DNA of 62,109 nucleotides, filler included, from Sphacelaria rigidula (GCA_964200075.2; 7 parts of 7 records of this genome joined end to end with filler, not necessarily neighbours in it), one strand, 5' to 3'. Numbered from the whole stretch's first letter, positions 11,392-24,765 are shown. Numbers and translations are program-made. Notes: a model not told the origin generated them from the sequence alone.

Positions 11392-13489
11392 GCTTGGAGG
11401 TTTGGTTTCAAGTTCAAACAGGTCAAGTGGGGTATTGAACTGATTTTAAACGATGCGGTATTGCCGTCGTGCGTTGTTCTTCAATATCTGTTTTTCACGC
11501 CTGAAATACCAGTACGTGCCTCAGCAGCGGAGATCACACCCCCAACGCTTGCTGCTATGGTCTACGCTGAATTGACGGTATGTGTTGCAGCATCATAGCG
11601 TGCTATTAATAGCACACTTCGAAGAAAGAGTAAAGATTCGGGTATGCGTACCAAGATTTCGGCGTGGTCACAGATGCTGTAAATGATGTGCAGCGGCACA
11701 GTACTGTCTGTACAGTACGGCAGGCAAAGGAAAGCAGATTGTATGTATGGCTTCGGGAATAAATAAATAAAGGATATAGCTGCTTTTCTGTGCGTTTCTC
11801 TTCTCCACGCGCCACACCTTGCAGCAGCCCCGCCTGGTGTGATGAAACATGCAAATATAGATCAACGCCAGTACCAGGCAAAAAATAGTGTGCGGGACAA
11901 CCTCGGAAAACGTTTCAATAATAGTTTCCAGTGTCCAATACGTTTGTTCCGAAACTGCTCCGAGATTTGAATCGTTCTATAAAAGTGTCATTTTCGAAAC
12001 CGCTTGGTTTCGCCTCGAGTGCTTCAGGTTGTGATAAGTCTCGGCCGCAAGTATCCTACAAGATTGTCCCAGAGGGGAATCACAAGAGCTTACCGCTTGG
12101 CCCCTATTGGCTCCAAGGTTCCCAACCACCGCGCCAGACTGCAACCGTAGGCTTGGCAGCGCAAAGCTTTTTCGTCCGTGCGCTTGTGTGTGTGTGTGTG
12201 TTTGTGTGTTGTGTGTGCGGCCCATTTTGTCATACCTGTCTCTTTTGGGGGGCGACAGACGGGCACGAACAAAGCCGGGCGAGCTCAGGGACGCCACCAC
12301 CCTCTTCCTTTCCTGTTGCATTTATTTGCATTTTTAATCGGGCAATATGATTTCGACGCTGGGTGTCGCGAGAGACAAGGACGGGGGATCTCTGCGCGCG
12401 TTGTGTCAGGCGTGCAATGTGTCCGGCGAAAAGGAGACCACCAAGGTGACGAACCAGAGGCTTGTGGAACACTATACAGACATGCCGTAGTGCAAGAGGA
12501 CAGTCCAGTGCAGTAGACACTTTATACACGAATTGGGTAGTTAGTATGGCAGACAGTCCAGTGCAGTAGTTGGCACAACGACAAGAAATTAGTATGACTG
12601 ACTTCAGTGCAACTCTGCTGGTATTGTACTAACTCTAGTATAGGAGTCATGAGGGTAGTGTGGGCATGCGGTGTTGGGGCAAGCAGGCCCCCGCCCAACA
12701 ACACATGCGCAACGACAACAACAACGACATCGACGACGACGACAACAGTCGTGCAACACCGATAAGAACTTGTAGCAACAAAGAAGAGGAGAAGAGATCA
12801 GCGTAGCCCTCATCCTTCGCCACATCGTCAGCCTATTCCACTGATGAGTTGCGTCGTCAGGGTTGGGGAGGAAGCCGCGAAAGGAAGCACGAATCATGTA
12901 TGTACAGTTTACACCATACACAAGGGCATGCATTTTAAAAAAAAACGACCCACCCCGATTTTTCAAGAGACTGCCCTTATGAACATAAAAGCCATATGCC
13001 GTCAAGCGTGTGTCAATGCCAAACGGGAGGCAAGCGGCGTCTTGCATACGCCTGTATGGTGGTTGAACCCTGCAAATACTTACCATCGCCTACCCCGTGC
13101 CTTCCCTCCCTCCTGCCCTGCCCCACTCTCTGGGTATTTGAATGTGGGGAATAACAGGTCACCAACTACCGTTCGCGCTTTCTAGGTTTCGTTTCCGGTC
13201 TAAATTTTATAGCACTTTTACTCACCATACAGTAGGCAGCAGTAGAGCAGGACGGTGCACAACACAAACAGTTGCGTGTAATGTGTGTTGTGCGGTCTGT
13301 GCTTTGACCAATTCTCCAGTGTGCTCTTGCCCGTGCAACTGGCATCATCTTCCCGCCCCGCGAAACATGCTCCCCGACATGAGGCATAGCCAGCCGTGCG
13401 GCAGAGGTGCAAATAGTTTTTTTTTGTGTGTCACCACCGGACAGATATGCACGAGTGTGCAATGTAGTGCATTCACATAACGCCCACAA

Positions 13490-13900
13490 ACAGGGTGTGC
13501 GGCAAGTGCTGTTGAGAGAGGGACTGAGAGGGACTGCCCTGTCCATGAAGTTCCTCTGTAGAAATGAATATTACTGGCACTGGTACACAAGACAGTACAA
13601 TTCCAGAATCGGTACATGTGCCGTTGACAGTCAGTAAACAACTCCACGCAGGGTGCATCCATCGCCTCACCGTGTCCAAATGGTTTTGTCATCCACGGAG
13701 ATCAGAGCACTGCTGTGCTGTTTCGACACTTGACAGTACTGTGCTCGACCACAGAGGTGCTGCTCCATAAACGTAAGATTCTTCTGGAGGAGGTACAACC
13801 ACTGCAGAAGAATCTGCTGTACCACTGTACTGTGCGGTAAGGGGAATCTCGCAGCACTTGACACCACGGCCAGGCTCACCCTGAATTCTTCACCGACTGA
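13490..13900 (+). pseudogene. Possible decayed IS630/Tc1-type DDE transposase fragment
   Basis: Motif remnants in the expected order across frameshifts: GVRQVLLREGL ... CC ... RKILLEE...QKNLL ... AHPEF/SP, compared with KGxxQVLxERGL...CCxRRxL...QKxxLEE...PKxHxELNPIE. Confidence 0.4.
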
Positions 13901-14143
13901 TGACCTCCCCCTGAAAAACTTCCAAGAATTTCTTGTTCCCGTGTGAAACCACTTGTCCGTGCAACTCGTACTTCGGACGATCAGGGCCGGTGCGTACGCC
14001 TCTGCACGACAAGTATTACAACACGCTATTACGCCCCAGTTTCGCGGTCAACTCGGTATAACGTATGCATGATGACCCCGGCGCATTATTTGTCAAGTAT
14101 AGGCGCATGCCTTGCACGACTTTCGGCTGCATTTACTGCTTTT

Positions 14144-14666
14144 CACAGGCACCGTAGGTAAGGTACCGTACCGAGCGTACCCCCGGTATTTACCTGGGTA
14201 TCCCATACCGTGGTATGCGTAGGTATCGTAGGTATGAGTTTTGAAAATACCGGACTGGGCGGGTACGGTAGGTATAGAAATCTCCAAATACCCTGGTATC
14301 GTAGGTTTCGTAGGTATGAGTTCTGAACATACCGGATTGGACGGGTACAGGGGGTATTGAAATATTGAAATACCCTGGTACCGTAAGTATCGCAGGTATG
14401 GCATTTGAAAATACCGGATTGGGCGGGTACGGTAGGTATTGAAATCTCGAAAGACCCTCCTATCGCAGGTATCGCAAGTATCGTAGGTATGACGTTTGAA
14501 AATACCGGATTGGGCGGGCACGGTAGGTATCGGAATCTCGGAATACCCAGTTATCGCAGGTATCGTAGGTATGACATTTCAAATTACCGGATTGAACCGG
14601 TATTGGTAGGGTATGAGATGTTCCAAATACCGGTACCGGGTACCTACCTTACCTACGGTGCCTGTG
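14144..14666. mobile_element. hAT-like non-autonomous element filled with internal tandem repeats
   Basis: Perfect 22-bp TIR CACAGGCACCGTAGGTAAGGTA; perfect 8-bp TSD CTGCTTTT (14136-14143, 14667-14674). Confidence 0.92.
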
Positions 14667-16021
14667 CTGCTTTTTGAAAACGAGCTCTCGGAAAAATGCC
14701 CTTTTTGAGCCTTATATCTCTGATTTTAGCGGGAAACGGGCCTTCGCAGATTGAGCGTCCTCTGAAAGATTTTGCTGTGCTCTTCAAAAGGATTCTAGGG
14801 CACTTTCCCGATCTTCCATGCATCCATTTTTACTTTTGGCCGGATTCTCGATTTCTTTCAGTAGCCCCAAAAATCTTCAAGTGGGCGGAAAAGCATGAAA
14901 AGTACAGAAGGTCTTGGCTGCCAGGTCCAAAAATTGAAATATATATGGACTCTCCCTCGTATACTGACGTTGCTGTGGTGTTGTGTTGCTGTGCGACATG
15001 CACACCTCGGCAACCTTACATTTTTGCAAGAGAGGCATAGTGACGGACGCGCTAGTGTTGGCCGATTTACGGCAGTATCGTTTTTTGTGTAACGAGTAAA
15101 AAATGAGAAAAAAATCGCTGGTGGTTAGAGGATAGGCATTGGTTTTCATGCGATACGAAAATATCCGAGCGATGTCCTCGAGCGCGGTTTTTTAGCTGCA
15201 GTCGCCGTGAGACATCCATCATTACGCCATCCGTGCCCGGCGTCGTCGGACCCATCGATAGCCGCCCTTGTGGTGGAGAACAGTCCCGGCCGATAGTACA
15301 AAGATCCACGGTAAAACAATACTGCTTTTTCTGAGAAAAGGGAATGAAAATACGCTCAATTTAATATCAGGGGGTCGTGGACTGTAAAAGGTACACCGGG
15401 TCGTGTGTACACCGTGGATGAAGTGCCTCAGTCGCAGCAAGGGGGGTTCCCTCTCCAAATTCAGTTCTGTATATGTCAATCAAACCACCAGTGGAATTGG
15501 ACGACAAAGGATATACCTTGGTGTGTATGAACGGGTGATGAATACCGCGGTCAGCAACGACTTTCGCGCCCGAGGCATCGACGAATTCGAAAACGAGTTG
15601 ACTTCCGTTGCTTCCACCTCGTAACTCCGGACGCGTAACAAAATCTGGAGCTTGAATAGGCACTACTATATGCAGAAGTGGATCTGTCTACGGCACCTGG
15701 CTGATGTGTCAATGGGGCCCGAAAGACAACCACCCAGGGGTGGTGATTGGGGGGCTGGTATGTAAGGTATATACTGCATCTATACAGTATAGTGGGTCCT
15801 GGCAAAGTGCGGTGGGTAGACAACCCGTCATGAACGCACAGCGTTGGGATGCTATATTGGTACTACAGTGCCATCACTTGCTACTAGTATCGCGGATCAA
15901 GGTAGTGAAAAGAGATATTTTGACCGCACTGTGGTGGGACCCTTATTTAGGATCCGTTGTACCAAGTGCCGGTCGTAGACGCCGTCACCTTTGGCATTCG
16001 CCCAGAATATCACAGGGTTAA

Positions 16022-16230
16022 CCCTTTGACCGCGAGGGTAGGTCATGTAGTGAATCGGCATTAATTTCCCTTGAAAAAAGTATGCATGATCCAGGTAGAC
16101 CACCCTCGCAGTCGAAGGGTTAACCCTTGGACCGTGGTGCGGGTAGTCCATCTGCATCATGCATACTTTTTTCGAGTGAAGATTGATGCCGATTCAGCAG
16201 GTGACCTACTGTACCCTCGCGGTCAAAGGG
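16022..16230. mobile_element. Inverted dimer of a roughly 100-bp piggyBac-like MITE
   Basis: TTAA|CCCTTTGACCGCGAGGGTA...AAGGG|TTAA|CCCTTGGACC...TACCCTCGCGGTCAAAGGG|TTAA. Confidence 0.85.
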
Positions 16231-17096
16231 TTAACCGCGTAGGTGCTCAGGCTGCAGCTGGTCTCTTGATATATATATTTCTTTCTCGCGAGGGGTTCGG
16301 AACAGTTGTTTTTGGTGGAGATCAAACGCCTACGGAACAACGAGAGGGTTACTGCTGCTTATATTCCGGGCGTCAGAAGTATTCAATCGTGCACAAGTCG
16401 CAGCCAGCGGCATCACCACCTCATCACGACAGTTGTGTGGCATGGCAGTAAAAGTTGTTGAGAAGACAAAATACTCGGAACAGTTGTTTTTCGTGGAGAT
16501 ATAAACGCCTACATAGAACAAGGCCATAGCCACCCACATGCCGGAGGTTTTGCATTCGTACGTATGCGGCGGCCAGCGGCATGTCCGTCTCATTTACGAC
16601 GGGAAAAGATGCTGTTGAACAGTACGGTACTGTTCAGAGCAGTACGGTACCCGTGGTAGCGGCAACAGTTGTGGATGCTTGTGATTCAAGACACGAATCT
16701 GCTGCGGAATAGCGGAACGGCATGGCGCGTTCAGTGACGGTGAACATGCAGTAGGTCGTGCATGCGGTTGTGGTTCGGTGGTGTTGTGTTTTTGTTCCCT
16801 GGGAGTTCCAGGGGTGAGCATTTCCCCCTCACAAACTCCTGCTGCCCAAGCGGGGGGAAGAACTCGTGGCGTTGACCATGGGGAACGCGACGGCTATCTC
16901 CTCGGTTGAGTTTCGCGTTTCGAGCACGTTAGCGAAAACATGCCTCATGGGCTACTTACTCACTGCAAGCTCATTGGTTAGCCAAAACTCGGAATTCTTC
17001 AGTCATGAATTGGCTACCGGTTGGACTGACAAGTTTTCACTTAGTTTGAATGACTTGGTGAACCGACCGGTTTCACATGGGTTGTTGAAGCACTGA

Positions 17097-17203
17097 TTTT
17101 CCATCATATATGCCATGCTCTTATTTTCCAGCGTCTATGCCATGCGCTTATTTTCCACCATATACGTCATGCTCTCATTTTCCACCGTATATGTCATGCT
17201 CTC
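17097..17203. repeat. 27-bp minisatellite, about four copies
   Basis: TTTTCCAnCnTATATGnCATGCTCTnA repeated. Confidence 0.85.
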
Positions 17204-17676
17204 GAGGCGTTATTGGTGCCATTGCTTCGAAAGTTTTTCTGGACTTGACCGGTCTCCGAGAAAAATGAGCGGCCTCCGAGAAAATTGCAAGTTTGGCCAG
17301 GAGTGACCAAAAAATACAAATGCGAGGCCCGCCTATGCCAATTTTTTTAATCCTAGGTGTTTTCGGGGGGGGGAGGGAAGGGGTTACTGAATCCCATACA
17401 TGAATAAAAGAGTAAAACAATAAAGGAATAAAAATTAAAAGTATATAAAGAATAAACATTCGTGATAATGAAGCTTTCATTCTTCGCATACCTTCGGAGC
17501 CAAGGCCAAGTTATATTCATGAGTTTCGGCAAAACATTGTACATCACACATACACGACAAGAACAAGACCAGACGAATACCACGATGCTCTGCAATGCTT
17601 GCTCAATCAAGCTAAACGCATCTATCTGCACCGCCAATGTGCCTTTAACGTTGTGGTGGCAGATAGGGCCAACAGT

Positions 17677-17776
17677 NNNNNNNNNNNNNNNNNNNNNNNN
17701 NNNNNNNNNNNNNNNNNNNNTTAATTAATTAANNNNNNNNNNNNNNNNNNNNNNNNNNNNNNNNNNNNNNNNNNNN
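17677..17776. other. Artificial contig linker
   Basis: Same 100-bp N/TTAATTAATTAA/N spacer. Confidence 0.98.
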
Positions 17777-19161
17777 CATGCCTCTAGTTCCGTCTCTCGT
17801 CCCACAGCGTTGCCAGATTCAGTCGCCTTGTGAACATGACCACATATATAGTGGGGTACAATTATTCCCGCATTTCCCCCGAGCATGACATGTTAGTGCT
17901 ATCAACTAGGATGTAATATAGGATGATGACCCGAAAAAAAATCGGGGGATGGGAGGTTGGGCCTACATAAAATGCAAGTAAATGATGAAAAATGCGGGAA
18001 TCCGGCCCCCGAGAATGTAGGCTTTCCTTTGCTTCGAAGGCTTTTCTGTGGCCAGGGACAGGGTAACCAACTTTGCAGTGACATCACTCCCGGCAGCAGC
18101 CCCCCCCCCACTGGGGGTTTTGATGTCGATAAAAAATCCTCGTCCTGATTGGACAGGTCGCTCCCAGACTTGTTTATTATCATTGTACTAACTCGTCGTG
18201 AACGTGGTGTTTGGAGCTTCAGTCCCAAAAGGGTTAATGGACGAATTAATGACGGCTCGTAGTTGGTGGTACGTCGTTGAGCAACAGATGTCCTCTCTTC
18301 TGCCGCACTTCGCGTAGTGAAAACCACGAGCTTGTGTAGGAGCGATTTGTCTGCGACCACAAGTCAATACCTCACGCGATGGACCAACTACACAGATGAC
18401 GATGGTATGATGGTATACGACACGTTTAGCCACACAACGATATGTGGTTCATGAACCTGAAAACGATTGGACACAAGAAAAAAATCATCTCTGGAACGAG
18501 ATGCCAAAAAAAAAAATGTCCTCCCGAAACGGGAAAATATGAAGCGTGTGCACGATAGACGAACTTCCAGCATATCATGATACTGCCCGTGTGTGGAACG
18601 GTGGTGCTTGCAAGGCTTAAAATCAACACACACGTGCGGGTGCCAAACGGAAAAGGCTGCTGGGAAATGCACAAATGAAGCATGCAACTGCACCAAAGAT
18701 ACCCCACGATGGTGGGACTCAGCCCTCACAACTCTTAGTCAGAACAGACTGGTGTGCATGTATAAAACGACGTGGTTACGGCAGTGTGGAACAGTAGTAA
18801 AGTACGTACACTGTTGAGGCAATTCAGCCTCGAGCAGCGGCCATGATACGAGCAACTGTTGTGCTTCCCTCTCACACCAACAGACTGCTAACCACTGCTA
18901 CGGCATCAATGGGTGGTACGGCACCACGGATGCTGGCGGAGAGACTACGGAGTCCTCGGCTAGAACGGGCGGATATGCTCAACAAATTCAGAAGTGCATG
19001 CCAGCCACAACAAGACAATATCCAGTATTGTTTTGGTGGTTTTGTAGTTCCCGCGCTTTTTTGTGCACAGCAGCACCGGTGACGCTCGATACAGTCACCG
19101 CCTCGACCCCGACCGCGACGATTGCACGTACGACAAGTGCGATTCGCGGGAATCCCACGAC

Positions 19162-19426
19162 CGGTGAAACTACGATGTTCTCGTCTCGTGCGGATCCTGT
19201 GGGAGGAGGAGACTCAGGCGCGAATCCTGGCCTTCCGGGAGGGTCGTCAACCCGAGCCCTTCAGTGCCAGTTCTGCAGCATATGGCTACTGAGGCTACAG
19301 CGCGATATGCTGCAGAACTGGCATTGAAGGGCCCGGGTTGACGACCCTCCCGGAAAGCAGGGATTCGCGCCTGAGTCTCCTCCTCCCACAGGATCCGCAC
19401 GAGACGAGAACATCGTAGTTTCACCG
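19162..19426. ncRNA. Long fold-back, candidate miRNA/siRNA precursor
   Basis: 122-bp arms (19162-19283, 19305-19426), about five differences, 21-nt loop; the inverted repeat is certain, the RNA function is inferred. Confidence 0.5.
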
Positions 19427-20985
19427 CGTCCTACCGTCGACGCCACTATGGAAGGGATAAGCCCCTTGATAAGTTCTACAAGACGTTGGTCTCTTCTTCA
19501 GCAGTTTGGTGTGTAGTACACACCGGGTTGTGTCGTGTGTGGGCGAGCCAGCTGGGCTGAATTTGCATAGCAAAGATGCCCCGCGTTCATCCGAGGAATG
19601 GTCCTTCCGGGGTATTCCTCCGAGGAATTCCAGGAACGGTTGTGACTCTATCTGTGTAACCCCGGCCAGAATAACGGTTCTGGACGGCCATCTGGCGTCA
19701 CTCTACCTGTCAATCTATGGTGGCATTTACATACCTGTCCACTAAAAATGATTTCGGTTGGCTTTTTCGATCCAAAGCGTGCAAATTCGCTCGGACCCAA
19801 ACGCAGCAAAACGATGTCCGCCGCACGAACTCGTTCGAGTCGAAAGAACGTGATGAGACACGGCCCGAGACACGGCCTATGGCAGCTCCTTGTAGTGAAC
19901 AAAACAAATTCCTGTGAAAATGTTTTTTTAGTCCTTCTTCATCGTTTCACGCCCCAAAAGAGAGCTAGGCGGAGTGTGACACCTTACAATGACATGCTCT
20001 ACTCGTTGAGGCGGTTCCAGGGCATGTTCGCGTCTTCCGGTCGCCGCAGTTTTACTTTGGCCCAACAAGCATTTTTGTCTAGGGACGGTAAAGTCCAGAG
20101 GAAAATGTCATTTTATTTTTTTATTTGTCCGTTTCTTGTCGTTCACAGACAAAAATGCAAATTTGGCCAAAGTAAAAACTGCGGCCATCGGACAACGTGG
20201 ACATGTCCGGGAACCGTCTTCGCGAGTAGAGCAAGTCATTCCAAGGTGACAAACTCCGCCGAGTTTTCTTGTTGAGCGTGAAACAAAGGAGGACCAAAGC
20301 GGCGTTTTCATAGGATTTTTTCTTGTTTGCTGTAAGGAGCGGCCTGATTGTTCGCGCGAAAGTAAATATATGAAAAAAGAATTACCTGGCGTTTTCCATT
20401 CGTCGTACAGCCGTTGGAGAGGTCTTGTCTCGAAGCAAGACCTTACTGTGCTGACACCAACTTCTCCTGCAAACGAACAAACGGGTTTCCGTTTCCACTT
20501 TCTTCGATTTACGAGAGCCCTCCAGTCCAGCCTCTCTGGAGGTCCGGACTGTGCCAGGTTATGACATACTTTTTTTTGTCTCTTTTTCCAGTGGCACTAC
20601 TGGAATTAGAGGTATCTCAAACTCGAGATTCTCGGTATATTTGACTGTAAATGACAGTAAAATACACCAGTAACCTCGAGTTTGAGATCCTTCCATTATG
20701 ATAGTACAGGTATACTTAGTTGACGTGCTTGAAGGATGCTCAGGCATATCGGAAACGGTTTCAATACTAGTACCGAGTTTTCTCAATTTAGCGTCGCATG
20801 AGGGAGACTTGAGACTTGTACAGTACCGGTTTTAGGCAAAGCCATGTAGGGAAGTTGAGATGCACCACTTCTTGGCCGTTCTGTGCAACAATAACACCCA
20901 TCCGCGCTGAAATCGTCTCTTGCTTGTCTGTATTTTCTTCTGACTGCTCGCATACTTTTGGTGCGCCTTGTCACTCATTTTTTAG

Positions 20986-21087
20986 AATGTGGACCGCCTC
21001 AAGACCGACGCCGTGCTTTCCAATGATGAGTACGAAGCGGGGTTGATGGATCTCATGATGAGCTACTTGAGCGACGACGGCCATCAG
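20986..21087 (+). CDS. PH-domain protein, first recognisable exon (donor may instead be at 21096)
   Basis: TTTTTAG|NVDRLKTDAVLSNDEYEAGLMDLMMSYLSDDGHQ|GT; GC3-rich codons. Confidence 0.65.
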
Positions 21088-21172
21088 GTCTTGCACGTGG
21101 GTATATACTTTCGGCGGTTATGGTCATCTCAGCGATATGCTAATACACAGAACACACCTCCTCCTCCGGCAG

Positions 21173-21199
21173 TTCGAGGACACAATGTACGTGCTAGCG
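21173..21199 (+). CDS. PH-domain protein, 27-bp micro-exon FEDTMYVLA
   Basis: GGCAG acceptor and GCG|GTGATA donor; supplies the start of PH strand 1 in phase 0. Confidence 0.55.
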
Positions 21200-21321
21200 G
21201 TGATAGAGATGCATACATACCGCTGCGAACTCCTGTCACCCCCCTCAACACCGTGTCTGACCGATGACCATACTCATCTCAAGCCCACCAACATGTTTGC
21301 TTCTCGTCGGGGAAACGTCAG

Positions 21322-21447
21322 GGAGATGTTGAGGTCCGCGAGGGCCTCCTGATGAAGCGGTGGCACCGAAAGCACCTGTCAATGAGTCGTGGCATCATGA
21401 CCGTCTCGTCTTACGACAAGAAGGGCAAGATCGACGATAACCAGAAG
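21322..21447 (+). CDS. PH-domain protein exon (strands 1-4)
   Basis: CAG|GDVEVREGLLMKRWHRKHLSMSRGIMTVSSYDKKGKIDDNQK|GTACGG; G-x-V...K-R-W-x-R-K PH signature. Confidence 0.8.
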
Positions 21448-22788
21448 GTACGGTAGTTGAGCGGCATAGCTATAATAGGGGATGATTGATGTCCGGCGGC
21501 ATGAGACTGATGGCGGTATATCGCAATTCAAGGCATTCGGTTGGTTGTCGATTATTCAAATAGCAGTTGGTTTCTAATGGATGGTTGTTGTGTTTCCCCG
21601 GGAAAAAGCGTTTCCGCCCTCCAGGTCGGTGCGTGTTCGTTTGCTGCGAGCAGTTCTGAATGACGTCTCGTGTGCTTGCGTTCATGGGTTGCTACTTCCG
21701 TTCTATATACTCGACACATTCAAAGCGCCCATTCGTTTGTTCATGCTTGGAATGAAACAAAAATATTGTTGTTGGTTCCTCGTGTTTCATAGCGTTGTCG
21801 TTGCGTTTTCACATAAATGTTCTCCTCGCTCTACGGTATGGATGAATATCTTGTTTTTGCGCAGTTTCGATTTTCGCGTCGTGTACGCGCGTTCATGTGT
21901 TGGTGTTTCGCCATGGGTTAGTATGTGTATGAATGGTGGTTCGGCACCCGTTTGTAGTTGTAGAAACATCTATGATTTTCCGGTCGTCTTGAGCTTGACT
22001 TGTCGCCTTGTTCTTGAGTGTATCTTGAGCGACGTTTTGTCGCTTTTGTCGCCCTTTTCCAGGGAGGGCTACCGTACCTGCAGTATGTAGTGCCTAGCGG
22101 CGATGGACTGAGTTTTGACTGTTGTACTACGCCCCGCGGCGGCTCTCGCAAGGGCTCCTGCCCTTGGCGGGGACACGTCAATCGTGCTCTACTTGTGAAG
22201 TCGACGTAGGTAGCAGATGTTCTTCAATAATCGTCGGGTTTCTTGTTCGTTTCGTCGAATGGAAAATAAGAGTCATCCGCAAGTTTATGAATGGTGGTCT
22301 ATTTCTTCCGATTGGGGTCGGGTCGTTTTTGCGCAACTTTGTTCTTGTGCCCCCTTTACCCTGCCGCAATGCCTAGGGATCTCATACCGCATACCGTAGA
22401 CCGTAGACCGCAACCCCATCCTTACGGAAACTGGTTGTTGCATGGTCGGGATGGGTTTGGGTGGATCACGCCTGTCAACCCTCCCCGGAGCGCGGTGTCT
22501 TCGCCGAAATAATTCAACAACAAAACGCATGGCATTTCGCCGACGTCTCCAGGGGGGCATCTACCAAATTTTCATGTTGTGTGCTCACGGAGAAAAAGTT
22601 GCGGTGCTTCAATCACGTCAAGAGTTGAGAGTTCAAACGTGTCTGCTGTAAGTGAAGGTGCCTAACAATAGTTTGTCTTGTTTTCCTCATAATTTGAACT
22701 GAAACCCGTCCACTTCGTTTGTCGGGAGGGGGAGCCCAGTTCTTTATCTGACGGCATTGTGTCCTGCATGTTGCACGTGTGTGTGCAG

Positions 22789-22875
22789 AGCGTGTCCCTG
22801 GAGGGCATGGTGTTGGAACAGGGGATCAAGGGTCGTGACGAGTCCTCCTTCACCGTGCTGTCCCCCAGGAAGAAG
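22789..22875 (+). CDS. PH-domain protein exon (strands 5-6)
   Basis: TGCAG|SVSLEGMVLEQGIKGRDESSFTVLSPRKK|GTCCGT, 29 codons. Confidence 0.8.
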
Positions 22876-23848
22876 GTCCGTACTTCCTCATTACTAGCAA
22901 ATCAACACAAAACCTCTTGTGTTGTGTATAGCTGAGTCCTAGAATACCGGCGTTCTTGTGCAGGATGGACAGTATTCAGTACTCGAACTTGATTGAACTG
23001 GCTGAATTTGCTGCGGAGACATGCCGGATCTGTGTGTCAGGGTATATCTAGTCGCCTCTGTTCTTTTGACGGTGGTGTTATAATAGTCTTGGTGTGTCTA
23101 CTACCCTCCCCGTGGTACCCGTGTTGTTCATTATTCCGGATTGAGTTCTGTTGGGTCGGGATCTAATGGTCTCAGAGTATCTTGCCTTGCCCGTGCTTGT
23201 GTGTAAGTCGTCTCGTCTCGCTCTGCTTGCTCTCTCTGTCCCTCTTGACACAAACCGCACTGTTTTCCCGTCGAGGACGAGTGGTGACGTGTTTTTTGCT
23301 TGAGGCATGAAGTACAGTACAGCAGTGGGTACACTTCCTCTCCCTCCCTCCGCTCCGCCGATTTAGCTCGAAAGTCGTGAATACCTCGATGTGCTTCTCC
23401 GTCTGCTCTGATTTTTTATCCTTTCATGTTGAGAGAGTCCTCGTGTCTTGTTCCGCAGATGTTTGGTCGTTTCTCGGTTCCAATACTTTGTTCAATGCCT
23501 CTCTATTTTTGCCAAGTTGGAGGTGGGAATACCCGCTTCCCCACCATTCCATAACGAATGCATGTACCGTACGAATACAGGATATGATTTTACTCTGGCG
23601 AAAACGTGACCCATGCGGTTTTTTAAAACGCGTGTGTGACTGATTGTCATGCCCTCAGTATACTGTTGCGCCATCATCTATACAAGATACTGTATCCGTA
23701 CGAAAGTAGCATGGGTATGTGTGCTGGAGTCCATGCCGCCTCCGGCGTGTTGCTTCCGCTCCACCTTGGAAAAGTGTACGTGAGCGATTCCGACGGCCTG
23801 ATGTGCGTACACCACACGTCTGCATGGTACTACTACTACTGTATGCAG

Positions 23849-24100
23849 GGACGCAAGAGCGAAGTGGTTCTCGAGGTAAGGGCACCGGATGCTCGGGCAA
23901 CAGAGAGCTGGGTGATGCATGGGACGACCCAGCTACGGCTGTTTTTTGAGACCGACCGCTTCGCGCCCGGCGCAGACGTCATCGTCGCGGGCGGCGGCGA
24001 AGGTATTGCTCGTGATCCCGTCCGTGTAGGTGGAGTCGAGCTCGACGTTGTGGACTCCCCAGCAAGCGTGGATTGTATTGTGCGGCTGACGGTAGATGAG
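23849..24100 (+). CDS. PH-domain protein exon (strand 7, Trp-containing helix and downstream region)
   Basis: TGCAG|GRKSEVVLEVRAPDARATESWV...RLTVDE|GTATGA, 84 codons. Confidence 0.8.
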
Positions 24101-24765
24101 GTATGAACGCGATACTGGGATACACCCAGTCATGTACGAATTCTTTTTTGGAAGGGTACATTTGCGAAGATGGAGACGTAAATAGCTCAACAGATGACGG
24201 AATATTCGTTGAGCTCGAGCGTCTTCCCGTTTTCTTGGTGGGCGCTTTTTCTGTATGTGTGTATATCTCATGCACATTCTGTTTGTAGTTGTCATTTCGT
24301 TCCGAAGAAATTACAGTAGTGTTTTTTTGTTGATATTGCTCCTGCGTCGGAGGTTGTGTGTGCTCAAGTCGACCTTGACTGGACAAAAAACGTACAGAGT
24401 AGATGCATGTGAAGGTCAAGTTATTCACTCCCCACTGTAAAGACAATCTTTTCAACTGCTGATGAGTACGAAGTGTTCGTTTTCTGCCTTTTGAGACCCA
24501 TGGAACTAGATGTAGCAGAAAACAGCCGCGCAGGCAATTAAAATCATTGGAAAAAAAATGAAGGAAATAATCGCTTGTATAATTCACGAGTCGGATTTTC
24601 CGCCGTCAAAAATTGTACTGAATCTGTGCCTGACACCAATCCTGTATACAAACGTCAGTCGGTCTACATCCTCATGCACACCTTCCTCCCATCTCCCCCA
24701 CGATGGATGCTTGTTCTGTTTTTCACTTCAAATGCTCAAATGACGAACAAATGCATACTGTACAG

